In this document: in pieces, positions 27,460 to 37,248 of the stretch
Numbering within the stretch: position 1 is the first letter of the stretch
How the letters are laid out: every line of letters starts with the position of its first letter
Assembly (NCBI GenBank): GCA_012974445.1
Contig: JAAXQG010000289.1
Location: 1-54,200 of the forward strand
Origin: Desulfuromonadales bacterium
GTDB lineage: Bacteria > Desulfobacterota > Desulfuromonadia > Desulfuromonadales > JAAXQG01
Length of the DNA stretch: 54,200 nucleotides
Direction: 5' to 3'
Program-made: the position numbers and the translations under genes
The notes under the pieces: generated by a model
The model's input: the letters and a program-made list of their open reading frames with translations, nothing else
Told to the model about the DNA's origin: nothing
Databases searched by the model: none

Positions 27460-27753
27460 TCAGACCTGCATGCGCATGATTTCCTGGTAGGCGTCTACAA
27501 CCTTGTTACGCATAGAAACCATCAGGCGCATGGAAATATCGGCTTTCTCCATGGAGACCATTACTTCATGCAGGTTTTTACTTCCACCAGCATGCACCCC
27601 CTGCATCGCCTTGTCCGACTCGCCCTGCAGGCGATTGACTTCGGAGATGGCCCCCTTGAGAACATCCTGAAAACCGGGAGCAGCAACGGGAGCGGCTCCG
27701 GTGCCTTGGATGTCGGGAAACTGTATCTGTCCGGCTACGGCAACTTTTTCCAT
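27460..27753 (-). CDS. fliE: Hook-basal body protein FliE
   Basis: LHEVMVSMEKA and RNKVVDAYQEIMRMQV. Confidence 0.96.
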   Translation of the reverse strand: MEKVAVAGQIQFPDIQGTGAAPVAAPGFQDVLKGAISEVNRLQGESDKAMQGVHAGGSKNLHEVMVSMEKADISMRLMVSMRNKVVDAYQEIMRMQV

Positions 27754-27760
27754 GGGTGAC

Positions 27761-28192
27761 CTACCTTCCTATCTCCAGCGCCTTGAGCGCCATTCTCTTT
27801 GCTGCCTTAATGGCATTGGCATTCGCCTCATATGAGCGCGACGCACTGGTCATGTCGGAGATCTCTTCGAGAAGATTAATATTCGGCATGGCCACCATAC
27901 CTGTGTCGTCGGCATCAGGATGAGAGGGGTTATAAATCATTTTGGCCGGCCGAGGGTTGTCTTGTATAGAATCCACCTGCACACCCTGTACCGCCCGGCG
28001 CATACTATGATCCAGACGGGATGCAAAACTGCGGGAATCGGGGGTAAAGACAACATCCTTCTTGATGTAGGGGCCCCCCTCGGGAGTACGGGTCGTTGCG
28101 ATGTTTGCCAGATTGGAACTGACCACATTCAATCGGGTTCGCTGCGCCTTAAGCCCCGAAGAGCTGACCTGCATGGAATCGAACAGATCCAT
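27761..28192 (-). CDS. flgC: Proximal rod protein FlgC
   Basis: AQRTRLNVVSSNLAN, YNPSHPDAD, ASRSYEAN. Confidence 0.97.
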   Translation of the reverse strand: MDLFDSMQVSSSGLKAQRTRLNVVSSNLANIATTRTPEGGPYIKKDVVFTPDSRSFASRLDHSMRRAVQGVQVDSIQDNPRPAKMIYNPSHPDADDTGMVAMPNINLLEEISDMTSASRSYEANANAIKAAKRMALKALEIGR

Positions 28193-28203
28193 CCGAACCT
28201 CCT

Positions 28204-28617
28204 CTATCTACCGTCCTGGGCTGCGTATTTGAGCATACCCAGCTTCTTGCTGATCATCTGGGTGGCTGCCTGATACATAATCTGATTTTCGGACAGACGC
28301 ATCATTTCATCGTCCACGTTCACGCCGTTACCATCACCAAGGCCTGCACGGTCGGGCTCACGAATAACTCGCCCCTGTACTGAGGCAATGCTGTCGGCAG
28401 TAACCGGAAAATGACGAACGTTGCCGGCACGCTCGGAAGCCTGGGGCTTTTCGAGCGCCCGCTTAAGATCCTGCTCAAACTCAAGACGCGCAGGGGCGTA
28501 ACCGGGAGTTTCAGCATTGGCGATATTTGATGCAAGCATCTGCTGGCTTCGAGTCCGGAGGTCGAGCACCTTCTCCATCAACCCGACCGTATTGTCAAAA
28601 AGACCTAACTGCGGCAT
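28204..28617 (-). CDS. flgB: Proximal rod protein FlgB
   Basis: ASNIANAETPGY and DGNGVNVDDEM. Confidence 0.97.
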   Translation of the reverse strand: MPQLGLFDNTVGLMEKVLDLRTRSQQMLASNIANAETPGYAPARLEFEQDLKRALEKPQASERAGNVRHFPVTADSIASVQGRVIREPDRAGLGDGNGVNVDDEMMRLSENQIMYQAATQMISKKLGMLKYAAQDGR

Positions 28618-28705
28618 CCCGACCTCCTTTCATTTTTCGTCATAAACTGTTTTTTCCAGCCAAGCATAGGAGCACAGAAACCGAAGAAAATCAATTCCCT
28701 TGATG

Positions 28706-31075
28706 TCAAAGTTTTGGCTCAAGCCGCATCTTCCGCTCCAGCTCAGCCGCCGCCTCTGCGGCAAGGCGCTTCCAGAGGGGATCCCTTCCCTCTTCGACCA
28801 GATCAGTAAAATATTTTAGGGCGAGCCCCCGATCGCTAGAAGAAAAAATCTGCCCCAGACGATATTTTGACTGATCTCCATGGGCCGTGCCTTGGGCCAG
28901 AGCTTCGTAAAGGGACTGGCTCCTGCCCTGCTCACCGCGAGCAAAAAAGATCTCTGCTCTCATGAAGATGGCCTGCTGCTGTCGCCCATCCAGCCCCGCC
29001 CCAGCAAGAAACGCTGCGGCCCCGTCAAGCTCTCCGGAGGCCAGAAGCACCCGTCCAGCCCAGAGGTCAACGGCCTCCGAACGGGGGTAGTCCACCCTGA
29101 GAAGCTCCCGCGCCTCCTCTATTCGCCCTGCCTCATAGAGCCCCCGCAGCAGCAGAACAAAGATCTCGGCAGCGTCCGCCCCTTGCGGAAAAGAGCTGAG
29201 GTATTCACCAGCGTAACGCGACACAAGATCCACCTCTTCTGCTTCAAGCAAAACCCGGACCATTGGCAAATATACGGCTTCAGCCTCAGGGCGCCCCTGA
29301 GCCGCATCACGAATAAAGAGAAAAACAGAGTAGGCTCGATCCAGTAGTCCAATACGGGAAAAGGCCCGAGCTAAAGAGGTAAGAAAATCATGGGACAGTA
29401 CGCCGGAAAGAATCAGTTCCCTGTTTTGCTCCACCAGAATAAGGGCCTCGAACTCCTGCCCCTTACTCAGATGCTCCTCCACAACGACCGGCAGCAGCTC
29501 GGTAAGCAGATAGTCAGCCTCAGACCGAAGGGAACCACTGCCGAAATCCCGAACAAAGGCCATTAAAAATTCGACGCTGCGCACGTTATCATGAAGCAGA
29601 AAGTAAAGCAGGGCCTGCTTAAAAGCCGCCTCCTCCCTCAACTTCCTCAAGGGGGCCTGAATGGCAAGGGTGCCATACTCCACCGCCGCCTGCAGCCGTC
29701 TATTTTCCCCAGAACTCAACACAGCGTAATCACTAAGTCGCAGACCGGAGCGGAGACCGACCTCCTGGGCCGCATAGCGCGATTTGAGCTGCCGAAAAAG
29801 GAGCAAAGCCAACTTCCTCTCCCCGCCCTTGAAATAGGACTGCCCCGACCTGAAGAGCGCAAGCCCCTGCCCGAGCTGCCCCTCCAGAGCGGCAGCAAGA
29901 GCCTCCCAGGCCTTTGCTGCCCGAGGGTAATCGCCTCTTTGATGAAGCAGCTCGGCGTAGGCCCTCAAGGTCTCCGGACGACTCCACAGTGGATCCTGAT
30001 CCGGCAAAACACCGAGAACCTTCCATGCCCCCTCGTAATCTCCGAGCATCACCATCGCCTCGGCACTACGAACCTTGAAAGCCGCCCCCCCGCCTTCGTT
30101 TTTCGAAGCCCGCTCAATAACCTCTCGCGGCTTATCGATGCTCAAATATATTTCGGCCTCCAGCAGATCAAAGGCAGCATGAACCTCCGGGTCGGTTCCC
30201 AGCTCTGAACGAGCCCGAAAGAGCTCCCCCAAACCAAGGTAGGGAGATCCATTTCGTACCAGCAGCAAAGCCCTCAGATAAGCGGCACGACTGCGCAGTC
30301 CCCCCTCCACCACCAGGGCGTCCAACTCTTCTTTCGCCTCCCCATCAAGGCCCTGTTGCGCCAGAGCCTCTACCAGCCCCAGGTTGCGCAACATCCGATC
30401 TCCCCCCGACAACAAAGAAGGTTCAAGAGCCCGAAGCAACCCCTTCCCCTCTCGTCCCTGTCCTTGCGCAACCAGGGAAAACCCAGGCAGCAACACTGGC
30501 GAAGCCTCAGGAAGAGGCAGAGACACGAGGGCAAAACCAGGGGATATAGGTACGAAAACCGGAGACTGATATTCAGCAAAAAAATCCAGCCAGCGCCCGG
30601 CATAATCGGAACGCAAGCTCTGAAGACTCAAGACAGAATCTGGCGATTTCCTGCCCCGACCGGACTGCGACATAACGATCGCAGGTCGCGCCAAAGCATC
30701 TTCGCCCCAGAAGACATCGAGAATAATCCGGTCGGGGCGAGACGAGGAGCGACTGTCGACATGACTGGGAGCGCGCCTCAATAAAAACGTGACCATCACA
30801 TCGCTGCCCTGAGCTGCATAGGAAAGTCGAATCAGGGCGCTATCCTCAGGCACCGGAGCAACCAAACTCTCGACCTTAGTATCGCGCAGAAGAAGATCAA
30901 CCCTCTGCCCCGACTGCTTTACCGAATAGGATGGCACCTGACTGACGCGCAGAACGAACTGACTGGAGCCTGGCCCATCTTCTTTCGATATTCCCATCAA
31001 TCGGGCTGTTGCTCCTTCAGCATTAAGTGGAGAAACAGCCGAAAAACAAATAAACAGAAATAAAACGAACCTCAT
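28706..31075 (-). CDS. Exported TPR-repeat protein with N-terminal AMIN-like beta domain; first gene of the flagellar operon
   Basis: Signal peptide, beta-rich segment ending PDRIILDV, many TPR-like helices (e.g. ALFRSGQSYFKGG); 789 aa. Confidence 0.75.
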   Translation of the reverse strand: MRFVLFLFICFSAVSPLNAEGATARLMGISKEDGPGSSQFVLRVSQVPSYSVKQSGQRVDLLLRDTKVESLVAPVPEDSALIRLSYAAQGSDVMVTFLLRRAPSHVDSRSSSRPDRIILDVFWGEDALARPAIVMSQSGRGRKSPDSVLSLQSLRSDYAGRWLDFFAEYQSPVFVPISPGFALVSLPLPEASPVLLPGFSLVAQGQGREGKGLLRALEPSLLSGGDRMLRNLGLVEALAQQGLDGEAKEELDALVVEGGLRSRAAYLRALLLVRNGSPYLGLGELFRARSELGTDPEVHAAFDLLEAEIYLSIDKPREVIERASKNEGGGAAFKVRSAEAMVMLGDYEGAWKVLGVLPDQDPLWSRPETLRAYAELLHQRGDYPRAAKAWEALAAALEGQLGQGLALFRSGQSYFKGGERKLALLLFRQLKSRYAAQEVGLRSGLRLSDYAVLSSGENRRLQAAVEYGTLAIQAPLRKLREEAAFKQALLYFLLHDNVRSVEFLMAFVRDFGSGSLRSEADYLLTELLPVVVEEHLSKGQEFEALILVEQNRELILSGVLSHDFLTSLARAFSRIGLLDRAYSVFLFIRDAAQGRPEAEAVYLPMVRVLLEAEEVDLVSRYAGEYLSSFPQGADAAEIFVLLLRGLYEAGRIEEARELLRVDYPRSEAVDLWAGRVLLASGELDGAAAFLAGAGLDGRQQQAIFMRAEIFFARGEQGRSQSLYEALAQGTAHGDQSKYRLGQIFSSSDRGLALKYFTDLVEEGRDPLWKRLAAEAAAELERKMRLEPKL

Positions 31076-31193
31076 TTCACCTCACCAACTTCAACAGCGC
31101 CCCCAGAAACAGCGGCGCCTGAGCCTGCTCCAGCCGAACAAAACAATCGGACAGATCCTGCCCAATCCCTCAAAATCTAGATCTTAACGCTTT

Positions 31194-31210
31194 AGCTAAT
31201 TTCACGCCAA
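31194..31210 (-). promoter_or_regulatory. sigma54 promoter for the TPR-flgB operon
   Basis: Minus strand TTGGCGTGAAATTAGCT (GG-N10-GC), about 120 bp upstream of the ATG. Confidence 0.75.
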
Positions 31211-31369
31211 CTCTTTAACTCCGACAAAACTTGCTTGCAGCTGCTATACTTAAAATTATACAATTTTATGCAATTTCCTTTCATTTTCGCATTCACAGAA
31301 TAGATCCGGACCCAAAGAGAGGTCCACAGCAAAAGAGCCAACCCACCGGAAATAAAACATATTTTTTTG

Positions 31370-31398
31370 GTGACAAGGAGGCCTCGGGCCTCTAAAAT
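31370..31398 (+). promoter_or_regulatory. sigma70-like promoter for the cheA operon
   Basis: GTGACA-N17-TAAAAT. Confidence 0.45.
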
Positions 31399-31464
31399 AT
31401 AATGCCTGCTCGTTTTGAGCATGCCCCGCTTCTATCTAATTACGACAATAACGAGGGATGGCTC

Positions 31465-33927
31465 ATGAGTGAAGTATCGGAAGATCAGATTGAGATAATC
31501 CAGGAGTTCATCCAAGAAAGCCAGGACATGATCGACCAGCTCGAGCCTACGATTATCGAGCTGGGGCAGAGCTGTCAGGATGTTGACTGCTGGCAGACCC
31601 TGAACTGCACCAAAACTGACTGCCCCCGCCATGGCAAGACCCTGAGCTCCCCCTGCTGGCTGCGCTTCGGCCACATAGGCGAGGGCGACGGAAGCTGCGT
31701 ATTTACCGAGTCCAAGCAGGACTGCCTGAGCTGTCAGGTCTTTGAGATGGTCAACGGCGAGGGGCTGACCATGAACGCCATCTTCCGGCTTTTCCACTCC
31801 ATGAAAGGAAGTGCCGGATTCCTAGAATTCAACAATATCACCCGCGCGGCACATTCAGCGGAGAACCTCCTTGATCTCATCCGTTCCGGCGGCATCAAGA
31901 TGCAACCTTCCCACGTCAACCTTCTCTGCAAAGCCTGTGACTTTGCCAAGGATGCCCTGGACTGGGTTTCGCAGAACCACACAGACACCGACATGGGGGC
32001 CCAGGCCGACGACATCACCAGCACACTGCAGGAAGCTATCGATGAGGCCAAGGCACTGGCCCAGCAGGCCACCCTCGAGTTCAGAGAACAGGCACCCGAT
32101 GCGGCCGCACCCGAAACCGACCTGCTCTCGGATCTGATCACACCGGAGATGCTCGAGCGCTTCGTTCAGGAAGCCGAAGAGCTGCTCCTGAACTCGGAAC
32201 AGGGCTTCCTGAGCTGGTCCAACAATCTCGAAGACACGGAAATCCTCGGGGAACTCTTCCGCAATATTCACAGCTTCAAGGGTAACTGCGGCTTTTTCGG
32301 CTACAGCGCCCTGGAACGACTCAGCCATCAGATGGAGACCGTATTGGATGCGGCTAAGTCCGGCAAGAAACTCTCCCAGGACAACCCGGCTGAAATCCTG
32401 CTTGAGCTTATCGATGCATTAAAAGAAGGCGTTTCCGACATCTCCCAAGGGGGCAAGGGGGCAGTCTCCGATATCGAAGTTCATCTTAAAAAAATACAGG
32501 CCCTGATCCCGGAGGGGAGTGAATCAGGCGCAGGAGATACTCCAAAACTGCTGGGGGAACTCCTCATCGACCAGGGGGTGTGCGAAGACGATATCCGCCA
32601 GGCGGTAGAAACCCAGCGCAAGCCCGTGGGAGAGATTCTTGTCAACATGGGCAAGGCATCTCCAGACCAGGTCCAGGAGGCGCTGAGCCGCCAGGAAAAA
32701 ACTCGGCAGGCTGAGAAAAAAACGGTCGCAGCACCGGCCAAAGCCAAACAGGCTCCGGCTGCACGCCAGGACATCCGGGTCGAGCTGGACAAGCTGGACA
32801 ATCTTATCAACCTGATCGGCGAGATGGTTATCGCCGAGAACATGCTCATCCACAACCCCGACATCGAAGGGCTGGAACTGGAGAACTTCAACAAGGCCGC
32901 TCAGCAGATGGGCAAAATCGTCCGCGACCTGCAGGAGATGGCCATGCTGATCAGGATGATTCCCGTCTCGGGACTCTTCCGGCGCATGATCCGGCTGGTA
33001 CACGATCTCTCCCGAAAATCGGGCAAAAAGGTCGAGCTCATTCTCTCCGGCGAAGAGACCGAGGTAGACAAGACCGTTATCGAAACCATCACTGACCCCC
33101 TGGTCCACCTGCTGCGCAACTCTCTTGACCACGGACTGGAGCCCCCCGAAGAACGCATCGCCAACGGTAAAGTTGAAAAAGGGGTCGTTCGCCTCTCGGC
33201 GCGTCACGAGGAGGGGGAGGTCTGGATTATCATCGAGGACGATGGACGCGGCCTGAACAAGGAAAAAATCCTCTCCAAGGCCATCGAAAAGGGACTGGTT
33301 GAGGGAGACGGATCCGATCTCTCCGACAAGGAGATTTACAATCTCATCTTCCAGGCGGGATTCTCAACCGCCGACAAGATCACCGACGTCTCGGGCCGGG
33401 GCGTCGGCATGGACGTGGTCAAGCAGAACCTCGAAAAGGTCAAAGGCAAGATCGACGTCAACTCCCAGCCGGGCAAGGGCAGTCGAATCACCCTGCGCAT
33501 CCCCCTGACCATGGCGATCATCGACGGTATGCTGGTACGAGTTGGTGGCACCACCTGCATCGTGCCCACCCTCAACATCCGGGAGGCCTTTCGACCCTCA
33601 GAGGGAATCATCACCACTACCCCCGAAGGCAAAGAGCTGGTGCGGGTCCGGGAAGAATTTCTCTCCATCGTACGGCTGCACAGCGTCCTGTCCAAGGCGC
33701 CTGATTCACAGAACCTGGTAGACGGCACCCTGATCGTGCTGGAGCACCAAGATAGAAGCGCCTGCCTGTTCGTGGATGAAATCATGGGACAGCAGCAAAC
33801 GGTGATCAAGGGCCTCTCAAACTACATCGGAAATGTCCACGGCGTCTCGGGCTGCACCATTCAGGGCAACGGCGAAATCAGCCTGATTCTTGACATTGGC
33901 GGCATTGTAGAGCAGGCCGGACACTAG
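31465..33927 (+). CDS. cheA: Chemotaxis kinase CheA with two HPt domains, Cys-rich insert and MshEN-like segment
   Basis: FRLFHSMKG and FRNIHSFKG; HLLRNSLDHG, DDGRG, GFST, SGRGVGMDVV; CheW-like P5. Start ATG 31465 after GAGGG. Confidence 0.96.
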   Translation: MSEVSEDQIEIIQEFIQESQDMIDQLEPTIIELGQSCQDVDCWQTLNCTKTDCPRHGKTLSSPCWLRFGHIGEGDGSCVFTESKQDCLSCQVFEMVNGEGLTMNAIFRLFHSMKGSAGFLEFNNITRAAHSAENLLDLIRSGGIKMQPSHVNLLCKACDFAKDALDWVSQNHTDTDMGAQADDITSTLQEAIDEAKALAQQATLEFREQAPDAAAPETDLLSDLITPEMLERFVQEAEELLLNSEQGFLSWSNNLEDTEILGELFRNIHSFKGNCGFFGYSALERLSHQMETVLDAAKSGKKLSQDNPAEILLELIDALKEGVSDISQGGKGAVSDIEVHLKKIQALIPEGSESGAGDTPKLLGELLIDQGVCEDDIRQAVETQRKPVGEILVNMGKASPDQVQEALSRQEKTRQAEKKTVAAPAKAKQAPAARQDIRVELDKLDNLINLIGEMVIAENMLIHNPDIEGLELENFNKAAQQMGKIVRDLQEMAMLIRMIPVSGLFRRMIRLVHDLSRKSGKKVELILSGEETEVDKTVIETITDPLVHLLRNSLDHGLEPPEERIANGKVEKGVVRLSARHEEGEVWIIIEDDGRGLNKEKILSKAIEKGLVEGDGSDLSDKEIYNLIFQAGFSTADKITDVSGRGVGMDVVKQNLEKVKGKIDVNSQPGKGSRITLRIPLTMAIIDGMLVRVGGTTCIVPTLNIREAFRPSEGIITTTPEGKELVRVREEFLSIVRLHSVLSKAPDSQNLVDGTLIVLEHQDRSACLFVDEIMGQQQTVIKGLSNYIGNVHGVSGCTIQGNGEISLILDIGGIVEQAGH

Positions 33928-33949
33928 AAACAGAAGAGAGGCAGATGCC

Positions 33950-34819
33950 ATGAGCACAGGCAAAGCCCCACAGGGCCCCACAGGGAACCTGATGAGCATC
34001 AGCGACGAGGAATTCAAGCTGATGCGCAGCCTTATCTATGAACGCGTCGGGATCAACCTGACCGAACAGAAACGATCCCTGCTGGTGGGTCGCCTTCAGA
34101 AACTGCTGCGCAAGGAGGGTTTCCCCAACTTCAAGGGATATTACGAACACCTTGTTTCCGACAAGACAGAGCAGGCCCTGAGCACCCTGGTCGATCTCGT
34201 ATCGACCAACCATACCTTCTTCAACCGGGAGAAGGCCCACTTCGACTACTTCTACAACACGGCCCTTCCCGAGGTAATCCAGCGCCTCAAAAGCCAGAAC
34301 CGCAGAGATCTGCGCATCTGGTGCGCGGGAAGCTCTTCGGGCGAAGAGCCCTACATGCTCATGATGCTCATGCAGGAAGCCCTTGGGTCTGACTATAAGA
34401 ACTGGGACGCCGGGCTACTTGCTACCGACATCTCGGACCGAGTGCTCACAATCGCAAAAGAAGGGGTCTACAGCGAGGACAAGGTCGCTCTGGTTCCGGA
34501 GCTTCTCAAGAAGAAGTATTTTCGCAAACTTCCAGGCGGCGACTGGGCCGTCTCCGATCAGGTTAAAAAAGAAGTTTTTTACCGGCGATTCAACCTGATG
34601 AACAAGCAGTTTCCCTTCAAGAAACCCTTCGACATCATCTTTTGCCGCAATGTCATGATTTACTTCGACCAGCCCACGCGCAATGCTCTGGTACAGAGAT
34701 TTCACCAGTTCACAGCGCCGGGGGGGTACCTGTTTATCGGCCATTCTGAAAGTCTTGGTCGCTCGCAGAGCCTTTACAAATATGTCATGCCGGCTCTTTA
34801 TCAAAAGGAACTAGCCTGA
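33950..34819 (+). CDS. cheR: Receptor methyltransferase
   Basis: TNHTFFNRE, WCAGSSSGEEPY, IFCRNVMIYFD, GHSE. Confidence 0.96.
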   Translation: MSTGKAPQGPTGNLMSISDEEFKLMRSLIYERVGINLTEQKRSLLVGRLQKLLRKEGFPNFKGYYEHLVSDKTEQALSTLVDLVSTNHTFFNREKAHFDYFYNTALPEVIQRLKSQNRRDLRIWCAGSSSGEEPYMLMMLMQEALGSDYKNWDAGLLATDISDRVLTIAKEGVYSEDKVALVPELLKKKYFRKLPGGDWAVSDQVKKEVFYRRFNLMNKQFPFKKPFDIIFCRNVMIYFDQPTRNALVQRFHQFTAPGGYLFIGHSESLGRSQSLYKYVMPALYQKELA

Positions 34820-35877
34820 TGGCCCGCCCTATTCGAGTGCTCATCGTCGACGATTCGGCTCTGGTGCGAATGATTCTGGAACGGGGCCTTTCCCAGGATC
34901 CCGGTATCGAGGTTGTCGGAACGGCATCTGACCCCTACGTGGCAAGGGACAAGATTGTTCAGCTGCAACCCGACGTGCTGACCCTGGACGTGGAGATGCC
35001 CCGCATGGATGGGGTTGATTTTCTACGCAAACTCATGCCCCAGCACCCTATGCCCGTGGTCATGGTCAGCTCGCTGACTCAGCGTGGAAAACAAATCACC
35101 ATGGAGGCACTCGATGCCGGTGCGGTCGACTTTGTGTCCAAGCCTACCACCGATGTTGCCCGAGGCCTGGAGGGGATGCTGATGGAGCTGCGAGCCAAGA
35201 TCAAGATCGCCTCCACAGCCAACGTCTCCCACTGGAAAGCTAAGCGCTCCGAACTCTTCAACAACCCCGTCACATCCAGCCGGGCACTGTCAGAGTCCAC
35301 GGACAAGGTAATCGCTATCGGCGCCTCCACAGGGGGAACCGAGGCCATCAAAAAGGTCATTACCCGCTTTCCGGCCACAAGCCCAGGAGTCGTCATCGTT
35401 CAACACATGCCCGCCGGCTTCACGAAAATGTTTTCCGACCGGCTCAATCAGCTCTGCGCCATGGAAGTACGCGAAGCCCAGTCGGGAGATCGCATCATGC
35501 CGGGCAGGATACTGGTGGCCCCCGGAAATTTTCACATGCGGGTTGTACGCTCCGGTGGCATCTATAAGGTCCAGTGCGAAGAAGGAGAAAAAGTCAGTGG
35601 GCACAGGCCCTCGGTCAACGTCATGATGCACTCGGTCGCCAAGGAGGTCGGGAGAAACGCCGTCGGCGTGATGCTCACAGGCATGGGATCCGATGGGGCC
35701 GAAGGAATGCTGGCGATGCGTCAGGCCGGAGCTCGTTGCATTGCTCAGGACGAAGCGAGCTCGGTCGTGTTCGGAATGCCGAAAGTCGCCTTTGAAAAGG
35801 GGGGAGCCGAAAAACTTGTTCCCCTCGAGGATATCGCCCAAGCAACCATCAACCTTCTCTCGGAGGGAGTCAAATGA
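34819..35877 (+). CDS. cheB: REC-methylesterase
   Basis: TLDVEMP, GASTGG, QHMP, TGMGSDGA. Confidence 0.97.
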   Translation: MARPIRVLIVDDSALVRMILERGLSQDPGIEVVGTASDPYVARDKIVQLQPDVLTLDVEMPRMDGVDFLRKLMPQHPMPVVMVSSLTQRGKQITMEALDAGAVDFVSKPTTDVARGLEGMLMELRAKIKIASTANVSHWKAKRSELFNNPVTSSRALSESTDKVIAIGASTGGTEAIKKVITRFPATSPGVVIVQHMPAGFTKMFSDRLNQLCAMEVREAQSGDRIMPGRILVAPGNFHMRVVRSGGIYKVQCEEGEKVSGHRPSVNVMMHSVAKEVGRNAVGVMLTGMGSDGAEGMLAMRQAGARCIAQDEASSVVFGMPKVAFEKGGAEKLVPLEDIAQATINLLSEGVK

Positions 35878-36356
35878 GCAACCTGATTCTCGGAGTCGGT
35901 GATTTCGGTGCATCGAACAGCCCCGGAGACATCGTCAAGACCTTTGCCCTGGGCTCCTGTGTTGCGGTCATACTGCTGGATCCGGGCACACGCAGCGTGG
36001 GCATGGTTCATGTCGCCCTGCCTGATTCAAGTATCAACCGGGACAAAGCCAAAGAAAGGCCGGGTTACTTTGCCGACACAGGCATCCCCATGCTTCTCAA
36101 GCAGATGAGTTCCATGGGCTGCAACGTACGTAAGCTAACGGTGAAACTGGCCGGAGGCGCTCAGATCATGGACCCCAACAATACCTTCAATATCGGTAAA
36201 AGAAATATTCTGGCGGTCAAGAAACTCCTCTGGCAACATGGCATGGGGCCCGTCGCCGAGGACATTGGAGCGAATTACAGTCGGACGGTATCCGTGTCCA
36301 CCAACACCGGAGAGGTTGTCCTGAGCAGCCCCGGACGCCCCCCCTGGAAAATCTAG
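35874..36356 (+). CDS. cheD: Receptor glutamine deamidase
   Basis: LGSCV, GMVHVALP, KLAGGA, IGKRN. Confidence 0.95.
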   Translation: MSNLILGVGDFGASNSPGDIVKTFALGSCVAVILLDPGTRSVGMVHVALPDSSINRDKAKERPGYFADTGIPMLLKQMSSMGCNVRKLTVKLAGGAQIMDPNNTFNIGKRNILAVKKLLWQHGMGPVAEDIGANYSRTVSVSTNTGEVVLSSPGRPPWKI

Positions 36357-36366
36357 GAACTGAGCC

Positions 36367-37248
36367 ATGCCAATGACTATTGATTCAAGCGAAGTTCTCA
36401 AAAGGATCGAAGACGCGCCTCTGCTCTCTTCCAGCGCATCGCGATTGCTTCAGATTACTGCGGATCCTGAGCACTCGTTGGGAGAAGTGGCAGATATCGT
36501 CAAGACCGATGCAGCCCTGACCGCCCGGGTTTTGAGGGTGGTCAATTCAGCAGCCTTCGGCCTGATAAGCACCATCTCATCCATCGACAGGGCGATAAGC
36601 TACCTTGGGGAACGCCTCGTGGTAGGCATCGCCATCGACATCTGTGCATCGCAGCTTTTTGACAAGCCCCTTACAGGCTACGAGGCCCAAAGGGGTGACC
36701 TCTGGCGACATGATCTTCGGGTAGCCATCGCCTCCCGGGAAATCGCCCGCCTTGCCCCGCAGGACATGGCCGTCGACCTTGCCTTTACGGGCGGCATACT
36801 GCACGACATCGGAAAATCCATTCTTTCTGAATTTCTCACAGGAACCGCGCAGTCCGTTCTCGAAACCATCGAGAAGGGAGAGGCGCAGGACTATCTCGAG
36901 GCTGAACGCGCCATGCTGGGCATCGACCATGCGATGGTTGGGTATGAACTCGCACGCAAATGGCAGCTGCCTGAGCCGCTACAGCAGGTGATTCGATTTC
37001 ACCACAAGCCTTCTGAAGCCGACGAAGAACACAGGTCGCTCGTCTATGCCGTGCATCTTGGCGACATCATTGCCATGATGGGTGGGGGTGGAACCGGCTC
37101 GGATACGTTGCAATACCATATGGACTCGGCCTACACCGATTACCTGGATATCTCGGTTGAACAATTGACTATGACTTTGCTGCATGTGGAAGAGGAATTT
37201 TCCAAAATGGAGGCGTCTCTTCTAGACGGAAAGGACGGGGGAACGTGA
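36367..37248 (+). CDS. HDOD domain protein
   Basis: DAALTARVLRVVNSA, LHDIGK, DHAMVG..LARKWQLP. Confidence 0.93.
   Translation: MPMTIDSSEVLKRIEDAPLLSSSASRLLQITADPEHSLGEVADIVKTDAALTARVLRVVNSAAFGLISTISSIDRAISYLGERLVVGIAIDICASQLFDKPLTGYEAQRGDLWRHDLRVAIASREIARLAPQDMAVDLAFTGGILHDIGKSILSEFLTGTAQSVLETIEKGEAQDYLEAERAMLGIDHAMVGYELARKWQLPEPLQQVIRFHHKPSEADEEHRSLVYAVHLGDIIAMMGGGGTGSDTLQYHMDSAYTDYLDISVEQLTMTLLHVEEEFSKMEASLLDGKDGGT

Noticed and set aside
31402-31464. Longer N-terminus of CheA from ATG 31402
   Set aside because: It abuts the predicted -10 element and has no SD; ATG 31465 has GAGGG and begins the HPt domain.
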